64,000 nt of DNA from Parasporobacterium sp. (lineage in GTDB: Bacteria; Bacillota; Clostridia; Lachnospirales; Lachnospiraceae). A model generated the notes under the pieces. That model was not told where the DNA came from and made no database searches. It saw only the letters and a list, made by a program, of their open reading frames with translations. Below are positions 60,016 through 64,000 of this stretch, piece after piece. The stretch spans positions 4,671-68,670 of the forward strand of contig JAFWOB010000184.1 in assembly GCA_017510065.1 (NCBI GenBank). Reading direction: 5' to 3'. Made by a program: the position numbers and the translations under genes. Position 1 is the stretch's first letter. Each line of letters opens with the position of its first letter.

Positions 60016-61122
60016 TCACAGCAGGCTCTTGTTCACGTCAAAGACCGGTACGCCGGAATAGACCTTGGGCTCTTCCTCTCCCCGCAGGACTCTCAGTACG
60101 CCATGGGCCAGGGCTTCCATCTCAAATTCTCCCGGATACGCATAAACCGGAGCGATGAAGCCGCAGGCTTCTTCAATGGAATGCACCAGGTCTTCATTGT
60201 GTATCAGGCCGCCGCTCAGCAAGATCCCATCCGCCTTTCCGTGCAGGACCGCTGCCATCGCACCGATCTCCTTGCAGATGGAATAAACCATGGCATCCCA
60301 CACCAGGGCTTCTGCATGACTTCCTTCTTTGGCCTTCTCATAGACTTTTTTCATATCCGACGTCCCGAGAAGATCCACCACACCGCCGCTTCTGGTACAT
60401 AGCCGGCTCAGCTCCTCCTGCGTTTTTCCGGTCCGGAAAATATATTCGATCAGATACCCTGCAGGAATAGTCCCGCACCTGGTGGGAGCAATGGGACCGA
60501 GACCCTTGGCAATGTCATTGCCGTCCACCATTCTGCCGTTTTTGTGCGCGCTGATGGAAATGCCGCCGCCGATGTGGCAGACGATATAGCTGCTGTCTTC
60601 ATACCTTCTTCCATGGAGCTTGGAGTGCCGGATCGCTGTCTCCTTCAGGTTCAGCGCATGCAGGTGGCTTTCCCGACGGATTTCCCGGATTCCGGTGATC
60701 CTGGCCACCGGTTCAAATTCGTCCACTTCCGGCGGATTGACCGTATAAACTTTGCAGCCATACTGTTTTGCGATCTGGGCCGCGATCTGGCCGCCCAACT
60801 GGGCAGGATGATAGACCCCGTTGATGCCCACACGGGCATGTTCCAGCATCAGGTCGCTGATCTCATAGGTGCCGCCCTCCACCGGAAGGACGCTTCCGCA
60901 TCTTCCCACGCAGGCAGTAAGTCCTGAAAGATCCACCTGATTCTCCTCCAGTACCTGGAGAATGTTTTTCATACGGGCGGGCAGCTGGGCGGAAATGGAA
61001 GGATAGGCTTCCAGCTCCTTGGCATCGTACTCCACCGTATGGGAAAAGACGCAGGTTTCCTCTTCGAACAGGGCGATCTTTGTAGAGGTGGAGCCCGGAT
61101 TTACGACAAATATTTTATTCAT
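60016..61122 (-). CDS. buk: butyrate kinase (ASKHA family)
   Basis: Contains NKIFVVNPGSTSTKIALF and the HIGGGISI motif. About 368 aa. Start at ATG 61122, 8 nt after GGAG; the upstream ferredoxin stop lies within ATGATCATG. Confidence 0.85.
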   Translation of the reverse strand: MNKIFVVNPGSTSTKIALFEEETCVFSHTVEYDAKELEAYPSISAQLPARMKNILQVLEENQVDLSGLTACVGRCGSVLPVEGGTYEISDLMLEHARVGINGVYHPAQLGGQIAAQIAKQYGCKVYTVNPPEVDEFEPVARITGIREIRRESHLHALNLKETAIRHSKLHGRRYEDSSYIVCHIGGGISISAHKNGRMVDGNDIAKGLGPIAPTRCGTIPAGYLIEYIFRTGKTQEELSRLCTRSGGVVDLLGTSDMKKVYEKAKEGSHAEALVWDAMVYSICKEIGAMAAVLHGKADGILLSGGLIHNEDLVHSIEEACGFIAPVYAYPGEFEMEALAHGVLRVLRGEEEPKVYSGVPVFDVNKSLL

Positions 61123-61124
61123 GA

Positions 61125-61316
61125 TCATTTCTCCAGGAAAATGGCCGTTACCGCACAGTCCCTGGCAGCATCCCGTGCCTGCTGCTTCAGTTCATCGGTA
61201 TCCGGGTCTTTGAGAACGTCGATGCAGTCCTCTTCAAAATTATGGGCAAACAGTTCGGGATACAGTCCGACACAGATCCCGCAGCGGATGCAGTAATCCT
61301 TGATCTCTATTTTCAT
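61125..61316 (-). CDS. small ferredoxin
   Basis: Contains CIRCGICVGLYP...ARDCAVTAI, about 63 aa. Start preferred at the internal ATG 61316 (GGAGAAAAAC upstream). Confidence 0.75.
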   Translation of the reverse strand: MKIEIKDYCIRCGICVGLYPELFAHNFEEDCIDVLKDPDTDELKQQARDAARDCAVTAIFLEK

Positions 61317-61373
61317 GTTTTTCTCCATTCTTGTACTTTATCACGATACGCTCAGACACCCGGTCATCACGTC

Positions 61374-62894
61374 CTACAGCCGATCAATATACTCGCTTGC
61401 GCAGTCGCCCGCCGCAAATCCCAGCGGCATGGCAAAGTACGCCGCACCGAGACCAGCGATGATGGGATTGCCGTACAGTTCGTTCAATACGTTGTCGCCC
61501 GCTGCAAACAGTCCCGGGATGGGATCAAAGTTTTCCTTGATGACCTGCATGTCGCCGTTGATCCGGATGCCGCCGATGGTATTGTAGCCGCCGCAGTAGA
61601 TCCGCATGCAGTAGAACGGTCCTTTCTTCACCGGACGCAGGTACTGTGCCGGTTTGTCAAATTCCTCATCCACGCCGGACGCAGCAAATCCATTGTACCG
61701 ATCAATGGTCTTTTTCAGGCCTTCCTCGCTGATCCCCGCCTGCGCGCAGATCTCTTCCAGAGTATCTGCCATGAAGACATGCTTGTTGCCCCAGTTTTCG
61801 ATCAGGTCCTTAAACTGTCCCCGGACATCGGTCAGTTTTTCTGCCGGGAAAACAAAATAGAAATAATCCACCTTCTCTTCCAGGTGTTTCCGGGTATCGT
61901 CGTCAAAGATCATGTAGCTCACCCGGTCCGGCTGGTTCCGGATCCCCCGGCAGGTGGAGATATGGTTGTTGGACAGGCTCTCGTCAAAGAACCGCTCACC
62001 CCTTTTATTGACCCACAGATAAGGCTGCTCGGTCATGATCTTGAACTGATTGTACGTGATCCATGCCGTGCTGGTCTCGATTCCCGGACCCGGTATCATA
62101 TCATGGCCTTCAATGGAAATATTACCGACGGCTCCGCCCAGTTTCCAGGCAAGTTTGTGACCGTCGCCGGTCTGTTTCGTATTCGGGAAACAGTTAAAGG
62201 TCACATTGCCTCCGTTCGGCGCATCTTTGCCGGTGTAGGTAAAACCGGTATGCTCGCGGATCATTTCCGGATCATCCTGCACGCCGCCGGCACAGATGAT
62301 CACCGCCTTACAGGAAACATGGACTTCTTCCTTTGTTTTATTATGTACGCCGATGGCCTCGCAGACGGCACCGTTTTCATCCAGCTTGATATCCGTCAGC
62401 GGCGTATCCAGAAGGTATGTTCCGCCCCGTTTGATGATGTCCCGCATGGCGTACAAACCCACCAGGGCGCCTCCGTGACCTCGTCCCCTTCCCAGGGCAT
62501 GGGTGTCATCCCCATGGACATTGATGGCCGGCGGGAATCCGTCCGCCCGCTCCGGTGCGCCAAGGTCTTCCAAGGGCACTGCATCCGCTACTTCCATTTT
62601 TACTCCCAGGCGCTCGATGAACTCCCTGGTTCTCCAGGAGTTGTCCACATAACGGCGGATCACCTTGGGATTGCCGTTGTAGTTGCCGTATTCATAAAGC
62701 AGATGAAATGCTTTGTCCTGATAGGCTTTCTCGTTGCGGACGACAATATACTGGATCGCACAGTTGGCCACGCCCCCCTGGAAAGGACGCTTTTCAAAAA
62801 TGACTACTGTTTTTCCTTTTTGCAGAGCTGCATCCGCCGCGCTGTAGCCGGCTGCCCCGCTTCCCATAATCACAATGTCTGCTGTCAGATTCAT
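61374..62894 (-). CDS. FAD-dependent oxidoreductase (FAD_binding_2; soluble fumarate-reductase/KstD-like)
   Basis: 506 aa. N-terminal DIVIMGSGAAG and the C-terminal GLFAAGD FAD motif. Confidence 0.8.
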   Translation of the reverse strand: MNLTADIVIMGSGAAGYSAADAALQKGKTVVIFEKRPFQGGVANCAIQYIVVRNEKAYQDKAFHLLYEYGNYNGNPKVIRRYVDNSWRTREFIERLGVKMEVADAVPLEDLGAPERADGFPPAINVHGDDTHALGRGRGHGGALVGLYAMRDIIKRGGTYLLDTPLTDIKLDENGAVCEAIGVHNKTKEEVHVSCKAVIICAGGVQDDPEMIREHTGFTYTGKDAPNGGNVTFNCFPNTKQTGDGHKLAWKLGGAVGNISIEGHDMIPGPGIETSTAWITYNQFKIMTEQPYLWVNKRGERFFDESLSNNHISTCRGIRNQPDRVSYMIFDDDTRKHLEEKVDYFYFVFPAEKLTDVRGQFKDLIENWGNKHVFMADTLEEICAQAGISEEGLKKTIDRYNGFAASGVDEEFDKPAQYLRPVKKGPFYCMRIYCGGYNTIGGIRINGDMQVIKENFDPIPGLFAAGDNVLNELYGNPIIAGLGAAYFAMPLGFAAGDCASEYIDRL

Positions 62895-62927
62895 TCTGAT
62901 TCCCCCTGTCTGTTCTTTGTTTTCGTT

Positions 62928-64000
62928 TCAGATATTTGGTATTTCTTCCGTGAAGATCTCCATCTCTTCACCGTTTTTCCTGATATTCAGCCATTTCTTC
63001 CAGGAAGCATCCATTTCCGGATAATCCTCCCGCAGATGGAAAGATCTGGATTCTGTCCTGGCAAGGGAGGCGCGGTAAAACATTTCTCCGCAGAGCACCA
63101 TTGCCTGCGCATCCAGACATTTGCTGAGTTCATGCAGGTTTTCTGCCTTCATCCGGGGAAGCATTTCCTTCGCCTCCAGGATGATCCCGAGGGCTTCTTC
63201 CATGCGTTCCTTCGTCTTCACGAACGAATAATCGCAGGGAGCCATGGCATCCTGTACCCGGCATATTACATCCCGCGGGGAAATCCCCTCTTCCCTGTCA
63301 AAATAATGATAAGTACTCTCTTCCAGCCGGTCAAGCAGTTCTGCCGGCGGCTGCTCACCAGTCCTTTTTATGCCATGCAGCAAAAGGACCGCTGTACTGC
63401 CCCCTTTGTCTCCGGAATACAGGGCATTTAAGATCCCTGTTCCATGGATCTTGGCGGGCGGCGCAGGAACGGCCCCTGCTCTGGCACTGCCGGCACCGGA
63501 GGTATCGCCGATGGCCAGAAGCCCCGGGATATCGGTTTCCATACCGTGACCTACCCGGATTGCGGACATTTCGGAAATGAATCCGGGGAACACCTCGTAC
63601 TGTTCATGCTCATACGGATACTCCGCCAGGGACTCTACCCGGTGCATCCTGCGCATGGCATTGGGATGGAAATGAAACAGCGCTCCGCTCTCGTCCCGGA
63701 ACTTCTGGTAATGCACTTCCACCGGGCCGTTCCCCGCCATGGTCTCCCGGTACCAGGCATAGGCTGCCATCGGATCCATGGAAGAATGAAAACCGGGACG
63801 CCATTTCTGGGAAATGTTTTCCTCCCCCACATACAGGCAGTCATGGGCTGTATGGGCACCGGAATGCTGTCCGTAGTAGCGCTGCCCGTCCTGGCCGAAC
63901 CTTCCGAAATCCCCCATCCCGCAGAATTCCACATTGCGGAAGCGGCATCCGGCGTCATACGCCAGTTTCTGGGAAACCCCGGTACTGCACCAACTCGGGG
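62928..64000 (-). CDS. FAD-binding flavoprotein (succinate dehydrogenase/fumarate reductase/AprA-like); the 5' end lies beyond the right edge
   Basis: The reading frame stays open upstream of the track start (a GTG at 63932) to base 64000, by my own translation (..PSWCSTGVSQKLAYDAGCRFRNVEFCGMG..). Contains GLLAIGDTSG and a helical C-terminal domain. Confidence 0.75.
   Translation of the reverse strand, partial: PSWCSTGVSQKLAYDAGCRFRNVEFCGMGDFGRFGQDGQRYYGQHSGAHTAHDCLYVGEENISQKWRPGFHSSMDPMAAYAWYRETMAGNGPVEVHYQKFRDESGALFHFHPNAMRRMHRVESLAEYPYEHEQYEVFPGFISEMSAIRVGHGMETDIPGLLAIGDTSGAGSARAGAVPAPPAKIHGTGILNALYSGDKGGSTAVLLLHGIKRTGEQPPAELLDRLEESTYHYFDREEGISPRDVICRVQDAMAPCDYSFVKTKERMEEALGIILEAKEMLPRMKAENLHELSKCLDAQAMVLCGEMFYRASLARTESRSFHLREDYPEMDASWKKWLNIRKNGEEMEIFTEEIPNI

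Noticed and set aside
61242-63431. 729-aa + strand ORF, the longest in the right-hand region
   Set aside because: It runs antisense across the ferredoxin gene and two flavoprotein genes, which show clear FAD motifs (DIVIMGSGAAG, GLFAAGD, GLLAIGD) on the minus strand. Its own sequence is R/H/F/D-rich with no motif.

Overview
This is a 64-kb chromosomal segment from a Gram-positive anaerobe. The gene content looks like Clostridia or Lachnospiraceae and GC looks mid-range by eye; both the taxon and the GC impression are inference. All calls come from reading the translations and the DNA, with no database search. Most of the window is core metabolism. From left to right it holds: glgB (edge-truncated and missing from the ORF track); the dnaB-rplI-gdpP / rpsR-ssb-rpsF block; cobO; an MFS transporter; an aroF-tyrA operon; an 8-gene molybdate and molybdenum-cofactor operon (modABC-moeA-X-moaA-moaC-mogA); a divergent Re-citrate-synthase/GntR/aconitase/IDH/mobB operon; gpsA; a block of secreted proteins (M4 peptidase, two unknowns, 5'-nucleotidase); mscS; an ECF sigma/anti-sigma/AAA+ trio; rnfCDGEAB; an SPFH protein; a CAP-domain protein with cell-wall-binding repeats; trxB; nrdD and nrdG; a DUF4037/TPR pair; a large secreted protein; and a buk-ferredoxin-flavoprotein cluster (right edge truncated). 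I found no rRNA, tRNA, CRISPR array, transposase or recognisable defence system. The signals most worth follow-up are non-coding or architectural. (1) A 22-codon Tyr-rich leader peptide with a terminator lies upstream of aroF-tyrA. (2) An orphan transcription unit of about 255 nt has a consensus promoter and a strong terminator but no ORF. (3) A family of ~30-nt repeats is arranged as direct-then-inverted clusters at two loci 20 kb apart. (4) Two AT-rich intergenic arrays carry phased palindromes (AAGAATAGT type with 52-bp phasing, AAGAACA-N-TGTTCT type with ~42-bp phasing); the first sits next to an orphan PD-(D/E)xK-like gene. (5) NrdD is fused to a C-terminal CxxC thioredoxin-fold domain and lies next to trxB. 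(6) GlgB carries a ~150-aa charged insertion. Many long ORFs in the track are antisense shadows of real genes and were rejected.
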